Source: Diploschistes diacapsis (Eukaryota). Taken from it: 35,370 nt of DNA. A model generated the notes under the pieces. That model did not search any database. It saw only the letters and a program-made list of their open reading frames with translations, and was not told where the DNA came from. Location of the stretch: the NCBI GenBank assembly GCA_023645945.1, contig JALAIB010000074.1, positions 1-35,370 of the forward strand. The letters are read 5' to 3'. Shown piece after piece: positions 24,401 to 35,370 of this stretch. The position numbers were made by a program, and so were the translations under genes. Within the stretch, counting starts at the first letter, position 1; every line of letters begins with the position of its first letter.

Positions 24401-27400
24401 GATATGGTCGGCAGCAGCGACCACATCCAGCACACGGACCTCGGCGACATGCTTCCCCGCAGGTGGCCGCAGGCGCACGTCCAGGGCGAATGGAACCAGT
24501 TCGGCTTCGACGGAGGACTAAACGACTCGATGGTCCTGGGTGCTGATGGATGGTCTTTCGACCTCATGCAAGAATGGCCGTCCTACTACTCCATCAACAT
24601 CTGGGGCATGAACCCGGACGGGATGCCCGACAAGACAATGGCGTACGGCGACGTCGATGGCGACAACATTCTCGACAATCTTCCACCAAACACTCTTGCT
24701 CAGAACACCATCAATGTCACGGAAGGGCCCTCGATGCCACATGTTGGTTATCGACTGCTCATCGATGACGGGTCATATCGTTACACGCTTCAGCCGACCG
24801 GTTCCGCCTGGTCGCAGATTGCGATCTTCGTCTTGCTCTGTCTCGTTCCTATACTGTCAGGGACGGCCGCTGTGGTCACCTTCATGAAGTCGTTCTATCA
24901 AATCAAATTCAACGAGCTCGGTCTCGCAAAGTCGGTTCCGGAGTTTCCCAGGCCGATCGCTGCTTTCCTTGGTAGGTTCAGGAGATCGGCCCCAACTCCG
25001 AAGCCTGCTCCAGCGCCCGTCGATCTCGATGTGATCGGCACGGCCGCGCTTAATCTCAACTCTCGAACCGTTCTCATCGGCACCATGGAGTACGATATCG
25101 AGGACTGGAAGATAAAAATCAAGATTGGTGGCCTTGGCGTTATGGCATCCCTGATGGGCAAGAACCTTGGCCATCAGAATTTGATCTGGGTTGTCCCGTG
25201 CGTCGGCGGCGTCGATTATCCAACCGACACGCCAGCGAACCCGATGATCGTTACCGTCATGGGTGCCATGTACGAAATCTCTGTTCAATACCACAGACTG
25301 CGCAACATCACGTACGTGCTATTGGATGCCCCCGTCTTCAGAAAGCAAACAAAGGCCGAGCCGTATCCACCCAGAATGGACGATATCGAGAGCGCGGTGT
25401 ACTATTCAGCCTGGAACCAGTGCATTGCGCAGACGATCGTTAGATTTCCGGAGATCGATCTTTACCACATCAACGACTATCACGGTGCCGTTGCACCGCT
25501 CTATCTCCTGCCGCGACGGATACCTTGCTGTCTCTCCCTGCACAACGCCGAGTTCCAAGGCCTGTGGTCGGTGAGCACTCCAGAACGCATGAACGAGATC
25601 TGTCGTGCTTTCAACCTGGAGAAAAAGGTCGTGAAGAGCTACGTGCAGTTCGGTGAGGTTTTCAATCTGCTCCACTCCGGTGCCAGCATCCTGAGGAAAC
25701 ATCAGAACGGTTTTGGTGCCGTCGGTGTCTCGAAGAAGTACGGGAAACGTTCATATGCACGCTACCCCATTTTCTGGGGCCTGAACAAGATCGGCGCCCT
25801 TCCAAACCCGGACCCGTCCGATGTCGCCGAGTTCGACAAGATGTTACCAAGAGCGGATGTCCCAATTGACGACGAGGCCGAAGCTCAGCGCGGTCCCCTT
25901 CGGCGAGAGGCTCAGAAGTGGGCCGGTCTCAAAGTCGATGAAACGGCAGAACTCTTCGTCTTCGTTGGCAGGTGGTCGAAACAAAAGGGCGTCGACGTCA
26001 TCGCCGACGTTCTCCCCGCGATTCTAAAGGAGAACAAAAAGGTTCAACTCATCTGCGTTGGACCAGTCATCGATCTCTACGGCAAATTCGCTGCGCTCAA
26101 GCTCCAGAGTCTTATGGAAATGTACCCGGACCGGGTTTACTCCAAGCCAGAATTCACCGCCCTTCCACCTTACCTGTTCAGCGGCGCCGAGTTCGCACTC
26201 ATCCCTTCGCGCGACGAACCGTTTGGTCTCGTCGCTGTTGAGTTCGGTAGGAAGGGGGCTCTGGGCGTTGGCTCCCGCGTCGGCGGGCTCGGTCAAATGC
26301 CTGGGTGGTGGTTCACGATCGAGTCGACGGCGACAAAGCACATGATCGGTCAGTTCAAAGGAGCGATCAAAGGCGCGCTGGCCTCGTCACAGAAAACCAG
26401 AGCGTTGATGAGAGCCAGGTCTTCACTCCAACGCTTTCCCGTCGCGCAATGGATCGAGGACCTGGAGATCTTGCAGACAACTTCCATCAAGAATTTCAAG
26501 AAGGTGGAGGACAAGCGCAAGCAGGCTTCCACCTTGAGCTATGCCTCGGACGGTGGTTCATACGATGGCTTGCCCAGTTTCCCCGGGAGCATGCCGGTCA
26601 CTGCACCGCCCAGCAGGCCTGCAAGCACGCTGGTAAGCCCCACGGAAAGCCGAGCGGCAAGCCGTGCTCCCAGTCGCCCTCGGAGCAGAGCAGCTAGCCG
26701 AAACCACAGTCCAACGCGAGACTCTTATGCATCCAGTCAGTGGCAGGCCCTCCACAGCCGCTTGAGCGCCGTCAACAGGAACATGTCCAGCGGTACCACT
26801 TCGCTGAATAACTTGGGTGATGTGAGCGCAGCGGATTTCGCTCACAGCCGTCTATTCCCTATCGAGAGTCGCGGCAATATCCTTGACCAAGCAGAGTCTG
26901 CTTCGTCGGAAGACGGCGATGCTGTCCATATGGCACCGGAATCTCCCCGCTTTGACCGACCTCCAGCCACGATGAATTACAGCTACACGCGAGCGTCTTC
27001 CATAGCTTCGCCGTCCGCCTCGGGTACGGCCACCCCTATTGCATACGGCGCTGGCCTCGGCAACCCGCTGATAAGGGCCTCCGCCCTCAGTCTCCAGTCT
27101 GTTGTAGGTGAACAGAAAAACTTGAAGCTCCAGGATGTGGACCCATCCTTCACGGATGCCAATGGATTCTATACGAGGAGGTTTGAGAATATGCTGCGAG
27201 ACCTGGACGCTAAGACGTCGGAGGGCTCGCTGTGCATCGAAGACTATATCAACAAGAGCGAAAAGAACTGGTTTGCCCGTTATGCCGACGCAAAGCTTGG
27301 CAAATCGGGCGCTTCGGCGTCCAAGCTTCCTTTGCTGGCGCAGTGGTCTACCCCTAGCGATGGGTCAGCATCTGCCATGGAAACGGACAAGGAGGAATTC

Positions 27401-28744
27401 GCACTTGGGGAGGGCTACAAGCCACCTTCAGGTCCCCGAAAATGGTTGATGACCAAAGTCGGAGACTGGCCAATCTATGCCTTGCTGCTGGCATTTGGTC
27501 AGATCATTGCGGCGAACTCGTATCAAATTACGCTTCTCTCGGGACAGAACGGTCAGTCAGCAAACATGCTCTACTCCATTGCGTCCATCTACCTTGTCAG
27601 CTCCGTTGCGTGGTGGACGCTGTTTAGATATGTTGAATCCGTCTACGTGCTGTCGCTACCGTTCCTGTTCTACGGCGCCGCCTTCTTTATTCTAGGAATG
27701 ACGCCGTATGGGCCCTCGATGTACGGCCGAGGATGGATCCAGAACGTGGCTACCGGCCTCTACGCAATCGCATCGGCAAGCGGTGCCCTGTTCTTCGCTC
27801 TCAACTTTGGCAGCGAAGGCGGCACTCCTTCCCAAACCTGGGTCTTCCGAGCCTGCGTCATCCAAGGTACCCAGCAGATCTACGTCGCTGTACTATGGTT
27901 CTGGGGCGCTTACCTAACCGACCTCAGCTCCGCAGGCGTCCAAACGTCGGAGATGCTCACGTCCACTCCCATCGTCACCGCCATTACGACGCCAATCGCC
28001 ATCTTCCTCTGGGCCATTGGGCTGCTCCTCCTCCTTGGCCTGCCAAATTACTATCGATCGAGTCCGGGTAAAGTTCCATCCTTCTACCCTTCTCTATACC
28101 GACGCAAAGTTGTGCTGTGGTTTTTCATCGCTGTCGTCATCCAGAACTTTTGGCTTTCGGCTCCCTATGGCCGTAACTGGAGATTCCTTTGGTCGAGCAG
28201 TGTCTGTCCTCAGTGGGCTATTGCCATCGAGGTCATGGTCTTCTTCATCTTCATCTGGGCAGCTGTACTCTTGATCCTTGGACAGCTTTCGAGGGAGCAC
28301 TCTTGGCTTGTGCCTCTGTTCGCCATGGGTCTCGGTGCTCCGAGATGGTGTCAAATGCTATGGGGCACTTCGGGTATGGGCAACTACCTTCCTTGGGCCA
28401 GCACTCCGCTCATCGGGGTTCTCGTTGGCCGTGGCTTGTGGCTATGGTTGGGCATGCTGGATGCTCTGCAGGGAATCGGCTTCGGCATGATCCTGCTACA
28501 GACCTTGACTCGCTTCCACATCACCTTTGCCTTGATTGCTGGACAGATCTTGGGTAGCATTGCAACCATTGCAGCAAGAGCGGGGGCTCCGGACAATGTA
28601 GGACCCGGAAGTGTGTTCCCCAATCTGGCATTGAGCACAAGCGGCCTTGATGGTCCTTGGTTCTGGGTTGCGATGGGATTCCAGTTGATTGTGCCGATCG
28701 GCTTCTTCGTCTTCTTCAGGAAGGAGCAGCTTTTCAAGCCCTGA
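21491..28744 (+). CDS. ags1: Cell wall alpha-1,3-glucan synthase (GH13 + GT5-like glycosyltransferase + multi-TM domain), 2378 aa; exons 21491-21835, 21893-22300, 22361-28744
   Basis: Signal peptide; NWRFPFY..LDRYVDGDPTNN; GH13 catalytic motifs DGFRMDKA, TGE and NQD; single TM; MEYDIEDWKIKIKIGGLG, YHINDYH, FVGRWSKQKG, PSRDEPFGLVAVE; C-terminal multi-TM region ending FFRKEQLFKP. Two phase-0 introns. The paralog number cannot be assigned from sequence alone. Confidence 0.96.
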
Positions 28745-29487
28745 GAGAGAGAGAGAGAGTTCACGAGGGGGCAGGAGCAGTTACCGGGTGTAATTGATGT
28801 CCCATATAATTAGAATGTAGGATTTCATAGTTATTTAGATACCCATAACCGCATATAGATACTCATAAACGCACAAAAGATATAGATAGCAATTCAGCAT
28901 ATACTTTACCTTGTATGCATTGCCGACATTGTTCGATCAGGGTGAAATTCCCCTGGGGAAGCGCTCTATGCGCAGAATAAACCGGTCCCATAGCTAATAC
29001 CGAGCTATGGCATAGAAAACTATCTAGCATAATCTAAATAAAGCAAAAACGCAAACAGATTCCGTCCAGATTGTCAAGACGCAAAGAACAGCAACACAAA
29101 ACTTGAATCGAGCTGCAGATGCCCGGAGACACAAGGGATTATGAGAAATACACCGCCCTAAAAGCCATCTGAGATGTTTCGCTGCTTGCTCTCGATAAAA
29201 GGACTAAGGCCCCCCCCCCTCCTTCAGATTCTCCATCACGATGAATAGATATTCATACATCGTGGCCAACAATTCTTGCTCCCTTTTCTTCTTCAGTATA
29301 ATTCAAATAACGCGAAAATGACGTGAATTTAGTAGTCTAGTGTATCTCCCTTTTTAGTGGCTGCCATAACCTGAAGAGCTGCAGCTGTTCTATCTTTTGG
29401 AAAACCCCTCCAGCGGAATCTGGTTCGAGCTCTTGACTGTAAGCTCTGTATGTCCTCCATGGAATCATTTAACATACATCAGCCACC

Positions 29488-30228
29488 ATGGCGCCTCCTT
29501 CGAAACGAGGCCTAGCATGGCCGACCTCAAACAAGGAGCAGCCCTTTCTCTTCACTCGGCCCGGATCAAAGGTGTCATGGCTGTACAACTGGTCTCCGGA
29601 CTCGACTGCTGGCTCCTCCATGGACTTTGTTCCAATGCAGTGGAACCATGTCGACATCGATCGGCTTCATGACAGGATCGAAGCGACCAAAGCCTCGGCG
29701 ATCCTCGCTTTCAACGAACCCGAGCTGCGCGACCAAGCCAACATGCCCGCGTCGCTCGCAGCGCGCGAGTGGCTCCGCTGCATCGAGCCTCTCCGCCAAA
29801 AGGGCATCCGGTGCGGGAGCCCCGGCATCTCATCGGCTCCCCAGGGCGTGGCCTGGCTCCAGGACTTCATCCAGCAGATACGGGCCGGGGACAGCGACGT
29901 CGACTTCTACGCCTTCCACTGGTACGGCGAGACGCTGGGGCAGTTCTACGACTACATCTGGTCAACGCACCATCGGCTCGGGCCAAACAAGCCGGTGTGG
30001 ATCACGGAGTTTGCGCCGACGAACTGGAACGCCGCGCATCCTCTCGGCAAGGAGCATGTCGAGAACTTCATCGGGGAGAGCTGTGCGTATCTCGATACTC
30101 TGGACTGGGTCGAGAGATATGCCTGGTTCGGCGCGATGTCCGATACCGGCACCGTTGGGAGATGGGCGGCCATGCTTGGGAATGATGGACAGTTGACAGA
30201 GGCGGGCAGGATATACTGCGATAGATGA
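29488..30228 (+). CDS. Glycoside hydrolase family 128 (Glyco_hydro_cc) putative beta-1,3-glucanase, 246 aa, no signal peptide
   Basis: Motifs KRGLAW, SWLYNW, FVPMQW, FNEPE (acid/base), FHWY, VWITEF (nucleophile) and VERYAWFG. Confidence 0.9.
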   Translation: MAPPSKRGLAWPTSNKEQPFLFTRPGSKVSWLYNWSPDSTAGSSMDFVPMQWNHVDIDRLHDRIEATKASAILAFNEPELRDQANMPASLAAREWLRCIEPLRQKGIRCGSPGISSAPQGVAWLQDFIQQIRAGDSDVDFYAFHWYGETLGQFYDYIWSTHHRLGPNKPVWITEFAPTNWNAAHPLGKEHVENFIGESCAYLDTLDWVERYAWFGAMSDTGTVGRWAAMLGNDGQLTEAGRIYCDR

Positions 30229-30647
30229 GGAGCTGATTTGGTTTGCGATTTGGTTACAATATACGCTGCTCCAATCTTGACTTTTGCATTCCAAATTGCG
30301 GAACAGCACCGCCTAAGGAGAGATACTTGCCGTGATTGGTTCGACAGAGAGCTGTATCATAAAAAGCAGCCTCAGATGCGAACCAATTCCCTATAGTGGC
30401 GTTCCTTGGTGGCCTCATTATGATTCATTTCCATGTCACTTTGCTCCTTTTTCGACACTGGAGACAGAACAACAACAATAATGTTCTATGACTGCCTTCA
30501 TCATCGCCGTCGCATGCGAGGTATAAAGATTTTAAGAATGCCCTCCATGTGCACTCTTGTGACCTTGCCCACTTCTGCACTGGATGATGCCCCGAACACG
30601 ATTCTGCCTGCTCCCGATTGAAGGGAAAAAAGGAAAAAACGGCAACA

Positions 30648-32716
30648 ATGGCTTCACTCGCCTGATACCCAGAGAAGAGCTGGGGAGATATTCTTGCCCA
30701 GAGCGTCTTCCTTACTATTGGGATCTTTGTCACTTATGTGGGTAATCCAAAGGTCGGTCTTGTTTAATAGATTACTTGCTGACCCAAGTTAGCTGCTTTT
30801 ATTGATAGTATATCGGTTGTACTTCCATCCATTTGCCAGATACCCGGGTCCTTTCTGGGCAAGGATTTCCTACTTCCATGCCTTCTACCACGCTTGGATT
30901 GAAGACACCCAGCCGGATCAAGCAAGGCTGCACACCATCTATGGTAAGCCGCTCATGAATACTTGCTGCATTTCCTTTCTCAACACATGGCCCCAAGAAC
31001 GAAGGCTCATTGGGACCTACGTGCCCAAAGTTGACTGTACTGGAAGTCTACTACCATGGTCTATCACGTACTCCTGGGTTGTCATATACGTGGTATGAAG
31101 TTTGGTAGAAGACTACGTCTGATCCAGCTACCACCTCCACGCTCGTGCCATCCCCAAGCAGCCTTTTGGCAGTCGCATTTCAATTTATATAGAATTAGGC
31201 TAGAGCCATTTAACGCTCGACAGGTCCCATCGTCCGATACAACCACGATACGCTATTGTTCATGCAGCCCGATGCTATCAAAGGTATTGTTGCAATCTTC
31301 TGCGCTTTCGCACAGGCCTGGAGATCTGAATAGCTCCACAGACATTTACCAGACCGAGAAGAACTTCAACAAGGGTAAGACATACGCGCCCATGAACCAA
31401 GATGCTTCGCGCACGAACATGGTTTTTGCTCCAAACAAGAAAGAACACGGGCGCAGACGACGTATCATCCGTGCAGGTTTCACGGATTCGGCAGTGAGAA
31501 GGATGACGCCGATGACAGCGACGCACTTCTTGACCTTCTGCGACCAGATGCTCGACGGTGATGATGAGACAATCCAAGCCGGGACATGGGCCAGGCCAAA
31601 GGATATGGAACAATGGTGTATGTCGGTAATTACTCCGTTACGAAGGCTGCTGACTTCACCGGTTTTCTGGCTCGGTCAGGATATCAACACCGATCCTGTT
31701 GTGGGCCGTTCCTTCAATCTGCTGACCTCGGACGAGATGCGTAAACCCAGTAGCGTCATGCAGGATGGTTCAAGGCGGAGTAACTTGGTCTTTCAGTACC
31801 CTTACCTGTTTCGTCCTGGCCTCAACCACCCGCTGGACTTCGGCACTTGGTTTATTCCGAGCGTAATGGACAAGCTCACGCAATTTACTACTTTTGCATC
31901 CAGTTGTGCCCTTTCACGGTTGAGGAAGGAAAGGCCACCGAGTCTGGACGAGCAGATGTGCTCCAGAGCCTAATTGACACGAAAGATCCGGAGACTGGCT
32001 CAAACTTTACTCCCGAAGACATCGCTCTGGAAGCCAGCATTCCCCTCCTGGCAGGTGGAGACACCATCGGGACAGCCCTGCAGGTTCTCTTCTGGAGCAT
32101 CACACGCCCTTGGAATGCTGACGTGTTCGCCAAGCTCAAGAATGAAATTCGTACCACTTTCGGTTCGGAAGAGGAGATCATGGAAGGATCCAAGCTCAAG
32201 TCTTGCGTCTACCTGGAGGCCTGCCTTTCCGAAGCCCTACGGAGCTTTACTGCCTCGGCATTCTGGCGAGAAGCGGAACGGGGGGGCGGCACAGTGTGCG
32301 GCGAGTACATCCCAGAAGGCTACACCGTGGGATCCTGCCAGAGCGCCCTCAACCGCGACCCAAACATCTTTCCCGAGCCCTACAGGTTCGACCCGGAGCG
32401 GTATATCCTCGGCTCCGAATATTCTGACAAGCACGTGGCTGCTGCCACGGCCGCGAGCCAGCCTTTCCTCGTCGGACCCAGAAGCTGCATTGCCAAGACC
32501 CTGGCAAGAACTATGCTGACTCTGACGACCACTATAACCATCCTTAAGCTTGATGTCAAGCCTGCCTCGGACGCTGAAGGGGGCCATCTTGGAGGAGGCG
32601 GGCCTGGCATGGGGGCTTTGAGATGGAGAGAGGACGAGTTCCAGATGTATGGGAGCTTCGCTATTAGCGGCAGAGGACCAATACTTCAATTCAGGACTCG
32701 GACGGGCAATGCTTAA
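30648..32716 (+). pseudogene. Cytochrome P450 monooxygenase, disrupted; exons about 30648-30737, 30793-30943, 31224-31283, 31342-31617, 31663-32716
   Basis: P450 motifs FHPFARYPGP, GPIVRY, AGGDT, EALR, FDPERY and PFLVGPRSCIA. Lesions are a TGA at codon 6 (30663-30665), a frameshift near 31921, and an apparent AG>GG acceptor loss at 31661-31662. Confidence 0.8.
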
Positions 32717-33748
32717 GTCGTTAAGTCGATTGCATTGTAGATGCGGCCTGAAAATTGGGGGGGAGGTGTGACTCGATGCGCGCAAAACTTATAATTAATT
32801 ATCCCAAGTCTTCACATAGCCGCGCTAAATATTGTGTCCAAGGCAAAGTGGGATGATGCCCGTGAATCGACAGACTCATCTTGGATATAAAATCATGGAT
32901 TGAATTGGCTGGCTCACGCTACTTGGCCTCGTGTTCCCAGCGCAATAATCTGGGACTCTTACCGCCAACCCCCTCCCCCCAAATCAACGACACATCCGGA
33001 AACGTTACTCGTCCCACTTACCGCCACCGCCAAGAAATCTGCCGCATATGCGCGCTGAACGTGCTGTTAATATACCCATCTGACCGTGCAGTGAAGGATG
33101 GATCGTTTAAGCGCGTCTAGATCTGCGTTAATAGAATCAGCTATATCGGAGAGGGTATTGGCGGAAAGAATCTAACGTTCAATATAGGGGCAGCAGGCTA
33201 CAGAGCGTCTTGCGATTCAGGACAAGGGCCTTGCCCCATGATGGAGGGACACACACCACGCTTGGTAGAGAGATGCATCGCTTAGGATGCAAGAATCCTC
33301 ATCACTATTTTGATCCCGGCACGTTTCTTTTCGCGTTGCATCCTAACAAGAATCCGGCGTCATCAAAGACGTTAAATCCTCGGGCTGGAACGCGGCCGAT
33401 CCAAAAGCAACGAGACATGATACAATAAAATGTATCAGAAATCCCATCGGATGTCTTTGAGTTGAAACGATATCCAGACTTAAGATGTTTAAACCTACGA
33501 CCGGGGAAAATCATTCGCGAAGAGATTTCTTTGTTACATGTCCCAGAACGAAGAGACAGGGGGTATATGGGTATATAACGCGCGGTTCACCTGAATTCCG
33601 TATATCATGATGGGATCAGCTTCAGGGGGAAAAACGTTGAAAAGAAAGCATCGACATTTGGATATTCGGGCCACACTGCGCAAAAAAAGCATTACTTTTC
33701 CTCGACTTGCCTCGTTGAACCTTCGCCGCGTTGTCAGGAATCGTCATC

Positions 33749-33952
33749 ATGGAAGCCCCCACCGAAATCATCTACCTTGACACCATCAGCAAAGATCCTC
33801 TGCGAGGGGCCTGCATTTGCACGAACTGTGACTATAACAACACGCGCTGGTCAAGGTTTTGCAAGAACTGCGATAAACCGATGCCCTCGCCATCGCACCA
33901 TAAGAATTCGCCCCCGACCGGATCTGGAAGCCCTTTGTCGCCAGCAGGCTGA
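33749..33952 (+). CDS. Putative 67-aa RanBP2/NZF-type zinc-finger microprotein
   Basis: CTNC-DYN-N-TRWSRF-CKNC matches C-x2-C-x3-N-x6-C-x2-C. The usual Trp two residues before the first Cys is Cys here (TGC). The ATG context is ATCATGG. Confidence 0.5.
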   Translation: MEAPTEIIYLDTISKDPLRGACICTNCDYNNTRWSRFCKNCDKPMPSPSHHKNSPPTGSGSPLSPAG

Positions 33953-34259
33953 TCGCAATTTGACTTTGAGTTTTGCATACCCCAGCGCCGCAACCCAATC
34001 GCCAAGGATGGAATGGATTCTTTCCGGGACGTGGGACAGCAGCAAAGTCACTGTACTGAAACTGGAGGAACGAGCAATGGCGGTTGGATGTTGCAATGAT
34101 CCGGTCAAGTGTGATATGGGAAGTTATGTTTACGATGACGACTGCGATCAGTTTTATTACTGTGATTCCATACTCGCATGGGCCTGGTCTATCGGGATTG
34201 TTTTGAATAATTAACAAGGTCTCTCGGTCTTCCGTCCATAAATCTAATATCAATCCCTA

Positions 34260-35303
34260 CTAATCCGCCTTGTCTTCGTATTCATCGGCCCAGGAAGGTT
34301 CACCGGGATCATCGAAGCCCTGATCGATAAGAGCCTTTCGTAACAGTAAATCCCAACGCCCGTCGTCGTGCAGTCCCTTATCAATCCCGAACCATCTACG
34401 CGTCGGAGCAGCGGCAACCCACATTCGAGGATAATAAGCGACTAGTCCCAAGTCAATAATTCTTGATAATATCCATTTCTCGCTTCCTGGTTCTTTTTTA
34501 ACGAAGATATTGGCCGGATGAAGGTCCGGTTGATAAAGCACGAAGCGTTGTCCGATTTCGGGGAAGGGCCCGGTGGATCTCTGTTGGAAACGGGATTTCA
34601 GGGACATTGGATCAAGGACGGGAAAAAGGAACGGCGTTCCAATGGGCATTTTGAAGTGGCTATCCGGCGGAGGACCAAGAAACCGACCGTCTTCCAGACC
34701 GCATTTATTGACCGTCTGCAACAAATCCGACGTTTCCTCGGCCATATCAGCAACATGGAGGGCAACCTCTCTGGCGATGGCCATCCTCTGTTCTTGATCC
34801 ATTTTGAACCAGACATCATTGAGCAGTGAGCCTTCGGCTCTATACATCACCATGAAGCAACGAGACCAAGGTTTGTCCACCCACTCAACTATCTTGGATG
34901 TGATAGGGATGTTGGGATGATGTTTCCTGACGTGGTCTATCGTGTCGCCCTCGAGCTGCATGCCTTCCGTCCAAGCATAAGTTTTGATCATGGTACTAAC
35001 CCCGAATTGGAAGACGGAGATGCTGGAGTCGGCTTGTACCCTGGGTGAAGGCTCGCCCGGAATTTGCGCGGTCAAGGGAGAACTCCTTTCGCGTAAATAA
35101 AGGAAACTGTTTGGGCTATCTTGCCAGGACACCCAAGCTTCCGGTGGCACATCTTCCTCGCTCGAGCATTGGATGCATATATGCGTTGAACCTAATGACC
35201 AACTGTAAGGCTTTACCGATCCCGTCATGTGAGGGCTGATCTCCTTTCTCCCCATCCAAGGCTTTACCGGTTTCCCGGCCAGAGGGTTCGGATCCCTTCT
35301 CAA
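34260..35303 (-). CDS. Aminoglycoside phosphotransferase/choline kinase-like (APH family) protein; first in-frame ATG at 35255
   Basis: Intronless ORF with MIKTYAW..EGDTI (Lys/Glu pair), FMVMYRAEG, PDLHPANIFV (Brenner-like catalytic loop) and IIDLG. The start is uncertain near the window edge. Confidence 0.8.
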   Translation of the reverse strand: MRRDPNPLAGKPVKPWMGRKEISPHMTGSVKPYSWSLGSTHICIQCSSEEDVPPEAWVSWQDSPNSFLYLRERSSPLTAQIPGEPSPRVQADSSISVFQFGVSTMIKTYAWTEGMQLEGDTIDHVRKHHPNIPITSKIVEWVDKPWSRCFMVMYRAEGSLLNDVWFKMDQEQRMAIAREVALHVADMAEETSDLLQTVNKCGLEDGRFLGPPPDSHFKMPIGTPFLFPVLDPMSLKSRFQQRSTGPFPEIGQRFVLYQPDLHPANIFVKKEPGSEKWILSRIIDLGLVAYYPRMWVAAAPTRRWFGIDKGLHDDGRWDLLLRKALIDQGFDDPGEPSWADEYEDKAD

Positions 35304-35370
35304 TGGTTAGGACTATCTAGCAGCACAGTTGCAGAAGGGGGGGGGGGGGGGGGGTGTTCATGGCGGTCCA

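Noticed and set aside
33777..34253. Overlapping 145- and 155-aa ORFs
   Set aside because: No recognisable features; they overlap the zinc-finger ORF and the likely APH 3'UTR.
29488..35303. Secondary-metabolite gene cluster (P450 plus phosphotransferase)
   Set aside because: No backbone enzyme, transporter or regulator in the window, and the P450 is disrupted.
35337..35354. Poly-G tract
   Set aside because: Simple homopolymer at the window edge; its length is unreliable and no function can be supported.

Overview
Eukaryotic DNA from a filamentous ascomycete (short GT-AG introns with CTRAY branch sites; RIP-like mutation at the left edge). Left to right: an AT-rich, RIP-decayed block of DNA-transposon remnants (1-1001); a 3-exon small membrane protein; an intronless BCAS3/Atg18-like WD40 protein; a cytochrome b561-like membrane protein with a long disordered tail; acrB on the minus strand; a 186-bp TA-flanked MITE upstream of acrB; a hotdog-fold thioesterase whose catalytic motif can only be assembled with a 9-nt exon plus a predicted single-nucleotide exon; a 4.2-kb divergent intergenic region; a full-length alpha-1,3-glucan synthase; a GH128 glucanase with no signal peptide; a P450 with several lesions; a 67-aa RanBP2-type zinc-finger ORF; and an APH/choline-kinase-like phosphotransferase. 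The predicted 1-nt exon at 16734 is the most unusual observation. All exon structures were derived by hand from splice signals and frame arithmetic. Family calls come from recalled motifs, not database searches.
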